Source of the DNA: Alloascoidea hylecoeti
Taxonomy: Eukaryota
Assembly: GCA_001600815.1 (NCBI GenBank)
Contig: BCKZ01000006.1
Location: 745,048-809,047 of the forward strand
Reading direction: 5' to 3'
Length of the DNA stretch: 64,000 nucleotides
Part shown: positions 35,303 to 47,441 of the stretch, piece after piece
Position numbering within the stretch: position 1 is the first letter of the stretch
How the letters are laid out: every line of letters begins with the position of its first letter
Made by a program: the position numbers and the translations under genes
The notes under the pieces: generated by a model
The model's input: only the letters and a program-made list of their open reading frames with translations
What the model was told of the DNA's origin: nothing
Database searches by the model: none

Positions 35303-35653
35303 CTAATGATTGCCAGAGACATCCAAATCAAGAACGTCTTCAATATCACGAGCAACATTGATTTGGTTTGTGATTGAGACACTATCAATGCAAATACCAC
35401 ATGAAACAGAATCAATACCCTTATCAACCAATTGTGATAGAAATATACCAAATAAACCACCAACGGGAGGTTTAGAAATTATTTCAACATCATCTTTCAG
35501 AGACAGTACCTACCTAGGTTTAGTACCACCGAAACAAGAATCACCTGAGGCTTATAACTTCATTAACCACCCGAATTCTCCTTTGGAATTAACTGTGTCT
35601 TTGGAATACTTCTCTGTAACATATCTAGCTATCTGCACCTTGTCGATATTTTT
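35303..35653 (-). pseudogene. Degenerate coding remnant of unknown family
   Basis: One minus frame reads KNIDKVQIARYVTEKY..KL*..PR*VLSLKDDVEIISKPPVGGLFGIFLSQLVDKGIDSV.. with two internal stops. The + ORF 35310-35669 looks like its antisense shadow. Confidence 0.35.
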
Positions 35654-36869
35654 AGAGGAGAGTATATGATATTATTTACCCATCCTTTACCACCTTAAAG
35701 CGAACAGTCCTAACCACCATTGTGGCAGCATTTATATCGAACATAACCTCTCGGAACCTAATTATGCCCAAAATTAGCTTCAATGGTAAGTGTGGACCGA
35801 ACCTCTATTTGGTCAATTTAAAATTTAGCATTCTCAAACAATTTTTGATCTAAATCTTTATATGTATCTGGGAAAACACACTTCGGAAGTATATGTAAAA
35901 TTAACATTTTAACAATAATTAATAACTAATAGACGTTAAAGGTTAGAAATCTATGATGTATAGCAATAACTTACATCTATAATATAAAGGGTTATAATAG
36001 TTACTTATACACAAATAAAGAATAGTAAAAATTATATACATGTAGAAGGAACAGCGTTATATAGTAAATTACTATAAATAAAGAATAAGATTCATATATA
36101 GTCGCCTAAAATAACATAATTTTTTCTGAATATGTGAAAGAGCCATCTCTCGTTTTGATAATTACGTATATCCCAATGCAGATATCTAAACATGAAATAT
36201 TACCTTCTAGATCCAAAGTGAAGAGAGGTCGTTATTAGTAAGCTTATAAGCTTAAGACCATATCCTTTTAGTTTGAGATAATTTAATGAAAACGATTGGA
36301 GATCCTCTACGCCAGACTTAAGGACTAACCTCAATTATGTTACAAGCAGCAACTGAACGGAAGTGTTGATCTTCCAAAATACACAACTACAAAACTCGTG
36401 ATTATAAGAGATATCAACTAAAACCAGAAGTTGTAATTGCAATTGGAATTATATATGTGAATAATATTCTATCAAAATGACCTTAATTCAAAGCGGAATA
36501 AGGACAATTTGTGCTTGAGATTATATAACACCACTGTTTTTACCTAGCTGAACTTTACCACAAGATTGTAAAAGACCTCGCTGTTCTTCTCCCTTAGGAA
36601 TATTAATAGGTTGAATAAAATTCCTCCAATCGAGGATTTTAATAAAATAGAAGAACAACTTTCAGTTTCTAAGGAATATGAAATGATAGAGCACATTTGG
36701 GGTAGTGATCATGACAGGGCTGTTGATAAATATATCTAGAGACGGATTAATTCAACTTTACCTAGGTCGTCCCAGCTTCCTACATCATATATATATATAT
36801 TTTTCACAAAGGACAAAGATGATATAGTATGCAATTGTGGCTCAAATGGTTATGTGACAAATATTAATA

Positions 36870-37900
36870 GTAGACATGCAAAATTTACAATGCAGATGAT
36901 ACTGGATGTATTCTTGGGGATATTGGAAAGTCTATGAATGGGTTGGTTCTAATGTCCATCTATTCCTCAGTTGATCCATCTTTGAGGGGAACTTGTCACT
37001 TCTGTTGGATTCGCAATACCATGGTTGATTTCAATCCCCCATGATTATTTTTAAATCAAAAAAATTTCTAGAATTCATAGTCTAAAGATTTCGGATGAGA
37101 TTGGGAAGAAATGATTAGTTACTCGCCAACGAAGTAAATTGTACCTATTGAATGGATCAAAAACTTATGCTTCCCAAAAAAAAAAAAAAAAAGATGAAAA
37201 AACCCTCCTCATCTTAGATGATCATAGATCGCATACAAATACAATAGAATAGATACCTATAAGGAACAAATGATATATTTGTACAGGCTGTCCTTCTGGT
37301 GATATTCTTGAAGTTTCTTGCTTTTCTCTATTGAAAAGATAATTGCATGAAATAACCTAGAAATTCTGCTTGAGAGTCGAAATCACATATATTATTCCAA
37401 AAGGATGGCTTTCTTGGTATAAGAGGAGCAAGAAATTAGTCTCAAGTAAGAAAAACATCACATCTGGTTTTAGATGGACGGGCATAAGACTTATACCAAT
37501 TACAGCCGTCAGTTCTCCCTAACAAGCTACAGGATAAGTAAAGCATTCTGGGTGAGACTAAAAGGGGCCAGAAAGTGAATCACCACTAGTTGAAACCACC
37601 CATGAAAATAGTTAATCCGAGTATGTGAGATGTCCGGGAGGAAATATGAGGCAACCAAGACCCAACTTATGGAGGTGAACATTGCGTCACTTATCAAATC
37701 CCAACCCCATCAGTAATTTAGCTACAAATATGAAAAATCCTTTGACAAGGAGGTTAGCTGGCTTAACGGAAATTGTTGGAATCGTTTCTTGTATTACAGA
37801 AGGTCCGGTAAGGAAATGATCAAAGAAATAAAATCAATTTCAAGGCCAAAAAAACCCCATTAGTGCAGCTGCAACAAGAACTGGTCTAACAGAGGGTCCG
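36870..37900 (+). mobile_element. Decayed Fot1/pogo-type (Tc1/mariner superfamily, DDE_1) transposase
   Basis: Ordered motifs IYNADDTGCILG (36883-36918), PMIIFK (37038), LLILDDHRSH (37205-37234), LEVSCFSLLKR* (37307-37342), NITSGFRWTGI (37454-37486). These match IYNFDETG / PP.iIFKG / LLILDGHGSH / QPLDV.cFspLK / NI.SGFr.TG, with many frameshifts. Confidence 0.8.
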
Positions 37901-38596
37901 AAGAAGAAAATTTCTGGTTCTCCACTTGACAATCTATAAAGCTTTATATATTTTGAATTTTTAGAATTTTTAGAAAAATTTGAAAGTATGTCTTCCCTAG
38001 GCCTTGGCCAGTGAACTCAAATATAAAAAAATCCTATTGTCACTATACCTCACAACAATAACTACGGTACAAAATTGAGCTTAAGCGCTTGTATCATAGA
38101 TATATAAACATTGAATAATCAATTGCAATTAAAGGAATTAAGCACTTGGTTATTGAATTGGGGTATCCTCTTGAAAATCACTGTTATCAATATACATAAT
38201 CGTAAATAATTAAGGAAACCTTGATGTTTAAGGGGTATATATTTTATGTGTTATAAATATAGCTTATAATTATCATTAAGGACAGCTAGAGATTTGGGCC
38301 TACAGCAATATTACAAATATCAAACGACTATTTTTCATATATAATGAAGACAAATCCTGAAATCGATAATTGCGAAATCAATTTTCAAGATTTTGAGTCT
38401 ACTGATCTATCATTGGAGTTCATTGCGATTGGTAAGCGTAAAGAAAAGGTATCATGAATGACATGACAATGATACACAATTCTATATCTCTATTTTTATC
38501 TTCCCTTTTAAGAGTGGGTTCAATAAAAGCTCTGATGATAGCTATAGTGAAAAAAAACAACAACCTAAACTCAAATCATTATTAACCATTAAAATA

Positions 38597-39712
38597 TCAT
38601 AAGTTGGATTCAAACAAACTTTCCAACTCTTTGACCGATACATTCTCCGGTGATTCGATATCCTGTATCAAGAATCCATTTTGAACATCACTTATCCATT
38701 TTTTGGAAACCGATTTTAAGTTAATTTGAAAACTATTCAAAGTTATTGGTGATATTATAGCAGTTACAGTGGTCAATGAAGAATTTGAAGAAGAATTTGA
38801 AGGAATCCTAGGTGTTAAAGACTGTGGTGACAATTGATTTGGGTTCCTAGTCGTTGGTACTAAAACTCTTTCTCTTAGATGCAGTCGCTTATTGGGCTGT
38901 TCTATTTCGATGTTTCTAAATGGGAATGATCGCTTTCGACTTTCATTAATAAATGCGGAATTCTTATTTTGAAATTGTTTAGCGGGAACGTCTTCATCTA
39001 AATCAGCGGTACTATCATCATCACTAATATCAGAATCATTATCATCTTCTAGTATATCAAATTCATCATAATCATAATCATAATCCGAGCTTATGGATGA
39101 AGCTGGTGAAGCTGGTGAAGCTGGTGAAGCCGTTGAAGGGCTATCTGTAGCGGTTGTTAAAGAATCAGGAACATTATTGGTAATAGAATAATTATCAGCA
39201 CTGGGAGAAGTAGATCTTAATTTATGCTTACCTTGCATTGTTTCTAAAGGTGATTTCGGAGAAAAATGAGTTTTAGTATCCACAGTAGCCTGAGAAGAGA
39301 TGTTTTTATTCGTTTTCTCATTACTATTTGTGTGTTTTACCGCCTTAGAAGCCCTGCGATATGATTTGGGGAGCTCACCTTTATAGGCATAGACCATCCG
39401 TTTAGGAGATACATCAGCCCAATCTCTTGTGAGTGCATAAATAAGTTCAGAATCATTTTTTTCAATTCGTTTGATGTAAGCGTTAAGCTTTGCGCTCACT
39501 AGATTTGAAGTCTTTGTACTTAGCTTATCCATTTCAGGATGCTTTACAATTAAGATATCACAGATCTGTTTGACAGTCATTCCAGTTGCATGAGGATCCG
39601 CCTCGAATAGTATGGTTATTATGGCAAAGAATACTTCATCGTCTATTGTATGATGATGAACAGGACGTAATCGTGCAGTGGGGTTCTCCTTAAGATTGTG
39701 ATCAGCCTCCAT
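38597..39712 (-). CDS. GDS1: Gds1-like winged-helix protein
   Basis: ATG at 39712; GMTVKQICDIL..KHPEM..LSTKTSNLVSAKLNAYIKR..WADVSPKRMVY and C-terminal DIESPENVSVKELESLF. Confidence 0.85.
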   Translation of the reverse strand: MEADHNLKENPTARLRPVHHHTIDDEVFFAIITILFEADPHATGMTVKQICDILIVKHPEMDKLSTKTSNLVSAKLNAYIKRIEKNDSELIYALTRDWADVSPKRMVYAYKGELPKSYRRASKAVKHTNSNEKTNKNISSQATVDTKTHFSPKSPLETMQGKHKLRSTSPSADNYSITNNVPDSLTTATDSPSTASPASPASPASSISSDYDYDYDEFDILEDDNDSDISDDDSTADLDEDVPAKQFQNKNSAFINESRKRSFPFRNIEIEQPNKRLHLRERVLVPTTRNPNQLSPQSLTPRIPSNSSSNSSLTTVTAIISPITLNSFQINLKSVSKKWISDVQNGFLIQDIESPENVSVKELESLFESNL

Positions 39713-40386
39713 ATCAGATTCCAAAATTAGAACAATATAAATTCAAACGTAACAAAGCAAATGATACAAAACAAAGATTAACAGGGAAATTAAAGGAGGA
39801 ATAAAACCCTTATTAGTATATAAATAAAGCAATATTAAACAATGAAGTTTCTAAAAAAGTTGGATAAAAATAGCAATTTTGTTGTTTTATAGATTCTTTA
39901 TTTAAAATTTCTTGCACCAACTTTTTTCGTTAGCGGATTTTTTTCACAGAGCTATTTTAATTATTGTTTAGTGTTTGTGTAGATTAGCCAATGAGGGGCT
40001 GGCTTGTTTACAGGAAACATCCATTCTGCCTCTCATCTGATTGGTATCATGATTTACCTGTAATTAAGTTGTTTTGTAACATTTATTGTGGTATGCCATA
40101 CCCACTCCTCCATTCTGTCTCCAGAATACGATGTGTTGAGTCGATAACTAGCTGAGATGTGTAAATAGTTAGCTGTGTACATAATATCACGAGAGGAGGC
40201 CCTGCGACTATGAGACTATATTTTATAGTTTCACGCCAATTTCGAAGAATTGTATGACTAAATTATAATTATATACCGTACCAATTCAAAAGATAAAGGA
40301 ATTTTGGAATTAAATCATCAAATTTACTATGGCCCTACAGATGAAAATACATGTATTAAGAGACAAATTATAATTATATGGCGAAA

Positions 40387-41799
40387 TTAATACGTTCCTT
40401 CTCTAACAATTCTAGCAACTTCATCAGCGTCTTTTGGAACCTCAGTGAGATTTACAAATCCATCTTTCAATACTACAACATCATCTTCAAGTCTAACTCC
40501 TCCAACATCCCAATACTTCTTTAAGATATCAAAATCTATATATTGCCCATAATCCTTTTCCTTGTCTTCCAAAAAATGATCTAAGACAAACTTTGAAAAA
40601 TAAATACCAGGTTCAATTGTAACCACCATACCTGCTAATAAAGTTCTTCTAATTCTTAAATATCTAAACAAAACATCAGGATCATCGTAATTTGCACGAC
40701 CGCCAGTATCATGTGTATTCATACCAAGCATATGACCAAGACCATGAGGAAGAAAAATGGCCGAGACTCTAGATTCAAGAATTTTATCAGCACTAAATTC
40801 AGATTTAAAGATACCCAATTTAAGAAAATCTTCAATCAAAATCTTATGTGCCAATAAATGTAAATCATCCCATAAAACACCTTCTTTAACACCATCCATT
40901 GTTTGTTTATTCATATCTAAAACGATATTATAGATCGTTTTTGCTTCTGGCGTCCATTCACCATTAATTGGAAATGTTCTTGTAACATCAGAAGCATAAT
41001 TTTCCCATTCTGCCCCTGCATCAATAAGAATCAATTGTCTATTCTCTAAAGATTCATCATTTTTAACATAATGTAGAGTTGAACAATTATGTCCTGATCC
41101 ACAAATCGAATCATATGCTTGACTTTTAGCACCTTGACAAATACAATGATAAATAAATTCACCATGAACTTCAGTTTCATTTTTTTTATTTAATGTTAAT
41201 GTTTTTGCCATACACTCTAAATGAGCTTTATAACTAATGTCATTTGCTTTTTTAATTAATGCTATTTCGTAATCATCTTTAATCATTCTTGCTTCATCAA
41301 GTGCTTCCAATAAAATATCATTGACATCTTTACCGAGATTTGCTGTCGTGATACCTTTATGTGATTGGATTCCAATCACGTTTGTACCATCTGTGATAGA
41401 GGCAGTCAAGTCATTGGAGTATTTAACCTCATCAACGTCGTATTTTTCCTTGGCCTCTTCTAAGCTTAAAGGTAAACCACTCCAAACAACATCATCCGGA
41501 TCAATAGGTGGAAGAAACAATGTTAATTTATCAGTCCCAATATCATATAAGATATGAGAATCAGGAATGTTCGAACCCGATAAATAGAAAAAGTAACGAT
41601 CTTGTCTAAAAGGAGCAGTTTGATCACAATATGGATAATAGACAAGTGTATCTCCTTTTAAATAAATGGAAGTTTTTTCGAGGTTAAAAGTTGGAGAAGA
41701 TTTTGAAGCGATAAGAGATTGAAGATTTGTAAGCACACTTCGTGCGTGATTCTTAGCGGGATATTTCCCGTCGAGAATATCTGTGGATAATTTTGTCAT
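40387..41799 (-). CDS. Xaa-Pro dipeptidase/aminopeptidase (M24B, YFR006W/PepP-like)
   Basis: ATG at 41799; KYPAKNHA, FRQDRYFFYLSG, LIDAGAEWENYASDVTRTFP, PHGLGHMLG, TIEPGIYF, GGVRLEDD. Confidence 0.92.
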   Translation of the reverse strand: MTKLSTDILDGKYPAKNHARSVLTNLQSLIASKSSPTFNLEKTSIYLKGDTLVYYPYCDQTAPFRQDRYFFYLSGSNIPDSHILYDIGTDKLTLFLPPIDPDDVVWSGLPLSLEEAKEKYDVDEVKYSNDLTASITDGTNVIGIQSHKGITTANLGKDVNDILLEALDEARMIKDDYEIALIKKANDISYKAHLECMAKTLTLNKKNETEVHGEFIYHCICQGAKSQAYDSICGSGHNCSTLHYVKNDESLENRQLILIDAGAEWENYASDVTRTFPINGEWTPEAKTIYNIVLDMNKQTMDGVKEGVLWDDLHLLAHKILIEDFLKLGIFKSEFSADKILESRVSAIFLPHGLGHMLGMNTHDTGGRANYDDPDVLFRYLRIRRTLLAGMVVTIEPGIYFSKFVLDHFLEDKEKDYGQYIDFDILKKYWDVGGVRLEDDVVVLKDGFVNLTEVPKDADEVARIVREGTY

Positions 41800-42058
41800 T
41801 GATTTTCGATTGTTAGTAGTGCCACTCAAAATTTCAAGTACGAAGAAAGAAAGAAACAAAGAAAGAAAAGAAGGTTTACAAAGTAATCTCTAAAATTTTA
41901 TCTTTGCCTATTTGTCAATTGAAGAGTGAACGGCAGCAAAACATTATAATTATCCCAAAGTTGACTCTCAATTGCAATATAACGTTAATGCGAATATTAC
42001 TCCATAATCATACACAGCTTTTGTTTCATATACGACTATTAAAATTAGTGTATCATAT

Positions 42059-42082
42059 GGCCTAAACTAAGTGTAATGACGG
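42059..42082. repeat. Solo TIR of the 62418-62948 family
   Basis: GGCCTAAACTAAGTGTAATGACGG. Confidence 0.5.
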
Positions 42083-42159
42083 TCTATTGTGGGTGTAGAG
42101 GTGTTACACAAAATATAGAATTCTTATAATGAAATATCATAGTCAAAAAGTGGGAAATC

Positions 42160-43704
42160 ATGGCCATTGATAATGGTGAGGATGACACCCGTGAAGTCAA
42201 GAGATTAAAAACTATTTCAAATGAACGTGATACTGAGAATCAAATTATACAATCCCAACAGGATTCAACAACACAAATAGAAAACTTATACCTAGAAACT
42301 GTTGATAGATCCCGATTAGACTTCGATTTTGAAAAAGTTTGTACCGTCTCATTATCAAATATTAACATCTATGCTTGCCTCACTTGTGGTAAGTATTATC
42401 AAGGTAGAGGTAAATCCTCACATGCTTATTTTCATTCAGTAAATGAAGACCATCATGTCTTCGTCAATTTGTCAACAACAAAAATATATGTATTACCAGA
42501 AGGATACGAAGTGAAGTCTCATGCCCTGAATGATATTAAATACCAAGTTGCACCATCGTACACTAAAAAAGAAGTATTAAAGTTGAATAAAAACACAGAA
42601 GTAGCTTTTGACTTACAACACAAACCGTATAAACCAGGCTTTATTGGTATGAACAACATCAAACAAAATGATTATGCTAATGTTATTATACAGGCTTTAA
42701 GTCATGTTTCTCCGCTTAGAAATTATTTTTTATTGGAAGATTTTTCCAAGAAGCAATATTCATCATCATTACAATATGCTGAACTTTTAAAAAGATTTAG
42801 TATTCTAATTTCCAAAATATGGAGTTCTAAAGCATTTAAATCACATATTTCACCACATGAATTATTACAATTCATTACAATTTTATCTAAAAAGAGGTTC
42901 ACACCAACAAAACAATCTGATCCATTTTCATTTCTTACTTGGTTATTAAATCAATTACATTTAGCATCTGGCGGTTCAAAAATAAAACCACAATCAAGTA
43001 TAATTCATAATATTTTTCAAGGAAAATTAAAAACATTTACACAAAAAATTATCAGAAATAAACCTGTTGATGAAGTAGTTGAAAAAATAATACCTTTTAT
43101 GTGTTTATCACTTGACCTTCCTGACCTTCCTCTATTCAAATCTGAAAATGGAATAATACCTCAAGTTACATTCAATTCCTTATTAACCAAATATAATGGT
43201 TTAAAAACACATGAAGGTGCAACATCTATTACTAAGTATAAGATTGTTACGCTACCTCCACTCTTAACTATTCATATCAAGCGTTTCGACCAAAGCAGCT
43301 TAATTGATGAAATAAATCCAACAGTTGTTACCTTCCCAACAACAGAGACATTTGAAAAATTAGACATGTCCCCCTATGTTGAAAATGGTGAAAACACTGG
43401 TCCTATATATTATCGACTAATTGCAAATATAACACATGAATTAAGAGATACTTCATTATCAAAAGCAGAACTTAAGAAAAAAATTGAAAATGGTGAAAAT
43501 CAACCTGGAGGAACAGGTTCAGCGGATTATAAAAAGGTAATTATTGATGATACAATTAGTAGTCACATTTGGAGTATTTACCTCTTAGATAAAAGTGATA
43601 AATCTTGGTGTAGAATACAAGATTTGATCGTCGAAAATGTTCAAAAGGAATTGATGTTTTTAAGAGAGAGCTACATTCAAATATGGGAAAAAATAAAAAC
43701 ATAG
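42160..43704 (+). CDS. SAD1: U4/U6.U5 tri-snRNP factor Sad1 (USP39; ZnF-UBP plus inactive UCH domain)
   Basis: LDFDFEKVCTVSLSNINIYACLTCGKYYQGRG, GMNNIKQNDY (no catalytic Cys), FKSHISPHELLQ, ESYIQIWE. Confidence 0.94.
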   Translation: MAIDNGEDDTREVKRLKTISNERDTENQIIQSQQDSTTQIENLYLETVDRSRLDFDFEKVCTVSLSNINIYACLTCGKYYQGRGKSSHAYFHSVNEDHHVFVNLSTTKIYVLPEGYEVKSHALNDIKYQVAPSYTKKEVLKLNKNTEVAFDLQHKPYKPGFIGMNNIKQNDYANVIIQALSHVSPLRNYFLLEDFSKKQYSSSLQYAELLKRFSILISKIWSSKAFKSHISPHELLQFITILSKKRFTPTKQSDPFSFLTWLLNQLHLASGGSKIKPQSSIIHNIFQGKLKTFTQKIIRNKPVDEVVEKIIPFMCLSLDLPDLPLFKSENGIIPQVTFNSLLTKYNGLKTHEGATSITKYKIVTLPPLLTIHIKRFDQSSLIDEINPTVVTFPTTETFEKLDMSPYVENGENTGPIYYRLIANITHELRDTSLSKAELKKKIENGENQPGGTGSADYKKVIIDDTISSHIWSIYLLDKSDKSWCRIQDLIVENVQKELMFLRESYIQIWEKIKT

Positions 43705-43807
43705 ATGTACAAAGATTATTAAAAATGTTATATTTAAATTCTAGATAAATCGATAATTAACAATCTTTTTGTGTGTTTTTTTTTTAATGAAACTTGTATC
43801 ATGATAT

Positions 43808-44752
43808 TTATTCAACAGCAACTGAATTAACATTTCCAGAAAGCAAAGAAACAATATTTTCTTCTATTCTTTTATCAGCCGTTTCTGACAAATGTTTCTT
43901 TGGATCCTGTTTACCAACGTACCGTGTTTTCAATTGATCTTCTGAAAGTTCTTTTTCTTCTTTGACTCTATCAGTATATTGTTCAGCCAATTTAACCATT
44001 GACTTAACAGCAGTAGAATTTTCTTGTTCCTTATGTGAATATTCAGTCATTACTAATCCAGATTGCCAATCTTTCTTATGCAAATTTAATAGCATTGCCT
44101 CTTCTAATGGTGATTTCTTATAGTTAATATTAATAGAATAATAATGTCTATTCAGTCCATGAATTAAAGCTTGAATGGAAGGTTTGTTGAGATGACCAAC
44201 GTTACTCGTAGTTTGCCTTGGTTCTTGACCCATCATCATTGTAGTTGTGTTAATTAAACGGAAAGCATCAATAACTACTTTACCTCTAACTGATTGAATG
44301 GGGTCCACAACAACAGCGACGGCTCTTTTGTTTAACTGCTCAAAAGATTGTTGAGTGTTTACATCAACTGAGGATAACCAACAACCAAAACCTGGATGTG
44401 AATGGTACCATCCAACAACCATCTGATCTCTACCGGTTTGTCTAAGCATATCCATCATCTTGGTTTGAAAAACATCATCAACAGCTTCAACACTAACACC
44501 TGTACCAGATTGAGGCATAGCAAAAACATCAATTACATGGACAGTAAATTCATCAACGAATTCGCCAAGCATAAGACCCATAACTTCCATTGGAACACCT
44601 GCCCTTCCATGCTTCAACATCTTAAGTAAAGCCAAAGAAGAAATATGAACTGTTTCTGCATTATCAATGACTGGGCCATCAACGGGCATTTGTCCACCCA
44701 TTCCCATTCCCATGCCTCCTGCCTGGTTTATAAGCCGCTGTATACGATCCAT
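43808..44752 (-). CDS. RPN11: 26S proteasome lid deubiquitinase Rpn11
   Basis: [23 protein letters not shown] and JAMM motif [16 protein letters not shown]. Confidence 0.98.
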   Translation of the reverse strand: MDRIQRLINQAGGMGMGMGGQMPVDGPVIDNAETVHISSLALLKMLKHGRAGVPMEVMGLMLGEFVDEFTVHVIDVFAMPQSGTGVSVEAVDDVFQTKMMDMLRQTGRDQMVVGWYHSHPGFGCWLSSVDVNTQQSFEQLNKRAVAVVVDPIQSVRGKVVIDAFRLINTTTMMMGQEPRQTTSNVGHLNKPSIQALIHGLNRHYYSININYKKSPLEEAMLLNLHKKDWQSGLVMTEYSHKEQENSTAVKSMVKLAEQYTDRVKEEKELSEDQLKTRYVGKQDPKKHLSETADKRIEENIVSLLSGNVNSVAVE

Positions 44753-44815
44753 TGTTGACTAATTTGATGTTTTTTGATACAAATATGTTGTTGGTGAAGT
44801 AGAGGAGATTCAGTA

Positions 44816-44824
44816 GGTGGCGAG
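44816..44824 (+). promoter_or_regulatory. PACE-like Rpn4 site upstream of RPN11
   Basis: GGTGGCGAG, 64 bp upstream of the ATG; canonical PACE is GGTGGCAAA. Confidence 0.55.
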
Positions 44825-45274
44825 TCAGAATACATCAACACACCCTTTTGAAATTTCAGAAGTGTTACAAATATATTACTAATCATTTACAAGATTTACC
44901 TCTACCAATTGTAATTTTTAAATATCGTGGAAAGTGAAGAATTTTCAGCAAATTAATATATAAGTAGAGATTAGTTAGTTACAAATAATATACGTTTATT
45001 TAATAGTGTAGCTTGACTGATTCCTAACATCTCATATTGTAGTCAATGCCAGGCGCCCAGTAATTGCTGTTATTCTACACGAACTATAATGAATGTAGTC
45101 ATTATTCAGAACAATATCATTGAACGACAATTGTGCTAAGGGAATTCGTGATTTTGATGTTAAAGAAAGGAAAAGAAAATTTTGTTCAGTTCACTTCTTT
45201 TTATACCCAAAAGTAGGGTAACTAATACAGGGTAAAATAAAATTTGGGGTGATTATCGATTATTAATTCCCCAA

Positions 45275-45736
45275 ATGAGACGTCCTTCTGGAGAAGCTTT
45301 ATCATTTTACTACTCCGTCTATGAGGTGATTCAGACAATTCCCTATGGGAAAGTTACTACCTATGGTTTGTGTGATTTAAATTCGTAAAAATATAAATCT
45401 ATAAGTATATCTAACATAAACGTTATAATTTGCATAGGTCATATTGCCAAAATGGTCGGTGCTCCTAACAATGCTAGACAGGTTGGTTATGCTCTTAAAA
45501 GTTTACCTACTGAGTCAGAAGATCCAAATGGACCTTGTCTACAAATACACACAGGAAATGTCCCCTGGTGGAGAGTAATTTCATCCCAAGGTAAAATTTC
45601 AAAGAGAGAATATAGCACTGGGGAAGAAAGACAGGCTGATCGATTGCGAGCCGAAGGGGTTGAAATAACGGATAGTCATTATATAGCTCTAGAGGAGTAT
45701 GGCTGGTTTCCGCAACCTATGCCTACAGATGGTTAA
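45275..45736 (+). CDS. ATL1: Alkyltransferase-like protein (ATL, O6-alkylguanine recognition); exons 45275-45365, 45438-45736
   Basis: Spliced: MRRPSGEALSFYYSVYEVIQTIPYGKVTTYG|HIAKMVGAPNNARQVGYAL..VPWWRVISSQG. PWWR replaces catalytic PCHR. 72-nt intron GTTTGT..TCTAAC..TAG. Confidence 0.88.
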
Positions 45737-45925
45737 GCTAATCTTTGAATAAAAGTAGCTATTTATCTGATTATGATCGATCGATATCTCTGATAAATTG
45801 TGATAATTAACAGCCTGCATTCATGCATGTTATAAGATGCCAGCCATAAACATTTTTAAATTTGTCAAGAAACTTCTCTTGATTTCCCTTCACCTCCTTG
45901 GTTTACGTTAAGTGCACTATCGAAG

Positions 45926-47132
45926 ATGCCAAACCCACGGAGATTATGTCTGACTCCTATACCAGAGGATCCAGAGTTAGCACATCGTGATACTGTCTAC
46001 CCAGTATATGCAGCTGGTCATGATCCATTAGGAGAATTAGGGTCATTAATTAGACTAAAACAGAACAATTCAAGTTTGAGTTCTGTATCCGAAACAAGTT
46101 TAAAAAGAAGTTCATCATTAGGCAGATATTCAAATATAATTCCCAAATTAAAAAATATATATGCAAATACATATGTTCGATTATGGCAACAGGGGATCAG
46201 GCAAAAAAGAAAAATATATCTTGAGTTGTATACCGTTTTAAAACCAATTGACCCAAAGATAACAATCGCAAAAATTAAAGGATATGAGATAGAGGTATGA
46301 ATTATTTGTTTTCACGCAAAACTGGAACTGATTAATTAATAACTCTATTGCGATAGCTTCTTAACAACTGGAAAAAGTTTAAAGAATTCGAAAAATCCCG
46401 GGGGTTTCCAATAAAAGATAGTATGATAAGATTATCAGACTATAGTTGGTCCGATTATGAAAAGAATGTAAGTTTTTAAACTATTTTATTTTTTGTAAAA
46501 ATGATCATGATCATGATCATAATAAGAATATGTATTCAACCTGGGTAACTAAACAGGTAGTGATTATGATCATGATCATGAATAATAATAAACTAATCCT
46601 TATTTATTGACATGACATTTATTATACTTAGCCGTTTACACATGATTTTACATTTTTTAAAGATCGAGATTTATCAATTTATAAATCACTAAATGAAGTA
46701 TTTTCTCATCCTGATTTTACACCCAAATATTCCGAGGTTTATAGTATTCCACGCGGAACTCAAACTGATGATAACAACGTCGCTGATCAAAGGGAATTTC
46801 CAAAATCAAATGATACAAATGTAACTCCAAGAGACAAATTCAAAATACTATCGGTAAATAGAATTGAAGAAAAGGCTAAACTAAAAAAGTTTAAATTTGA
46901 TCAAGACTATTCATATGCTTTACTTTGTTTAACAAGTGCCATAAATCTTGACTTTGACGTTGTTATTCCACTTGATATGCTTACATCGGAAGGAAAGAAA
47001 AAAATTTTCAGAACCATTGTTAGCTTGGAGACAATACAGTACTTCAATTTTAATGATAAAAGAGCTAATCGACTTCTTCGACGGCGGCTACATCAACTAG
47101 ATAAAAGTTATTATGTATCTGCTGGTTCTTGA
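45926..47132 (+). CDS. Hypothetical 326-aa protein; exons 45926-46294, 46357-46467, 46632-47132
   Basis: Two phase-0 introns (GTATGA..TAG 46295-46356; GTAAGT..TAG 46468-46631) join three stop-free frames. Exon 3 is a 166-codon open frame starting immediately after TAG. Confidence 0.7.
46538..46556 (+). repeat. Dispersed motif copy 2, inside intron 2 of the orphan gene
   Basis: AACCTGGGTAACTAAACAG is identical to 62059-62077 and is flanked by ATGATC repeats. Confidence 0.7.
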
Positions 47133-47441
47133 GATTAACTTGAAAATTGCAAATTTGTGTACTTTTACATGTCATTTCACGATATTCGTATGCGTAGTTA
47201 AATTATCAATGAGAATAAAATTTTCCCATATAATCTATAACTACACACGTTACTCAATGCTATCAATTTTTCTTTAAAAAATCATAAATGAACTGTCGTG
47301 AATGTCATTATCACGAAATATAACAAAAATACATAAAAGAAAAAAGTAACCCAAAATTTTAAAATAGCTGAATAGAAAAAGTCTATAAAAAAAATGGAAT
47401 CCGGAAGCTTGATAAAAACAAATTTATTGTAATTTTTAAGC

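Noticed and set aside
39108..39130. 9-bp repeat GAAGCTGGT x~3
   Set aside because: Ordinary coding repeat (SPASPASPA) in a disordered part of Gds1.
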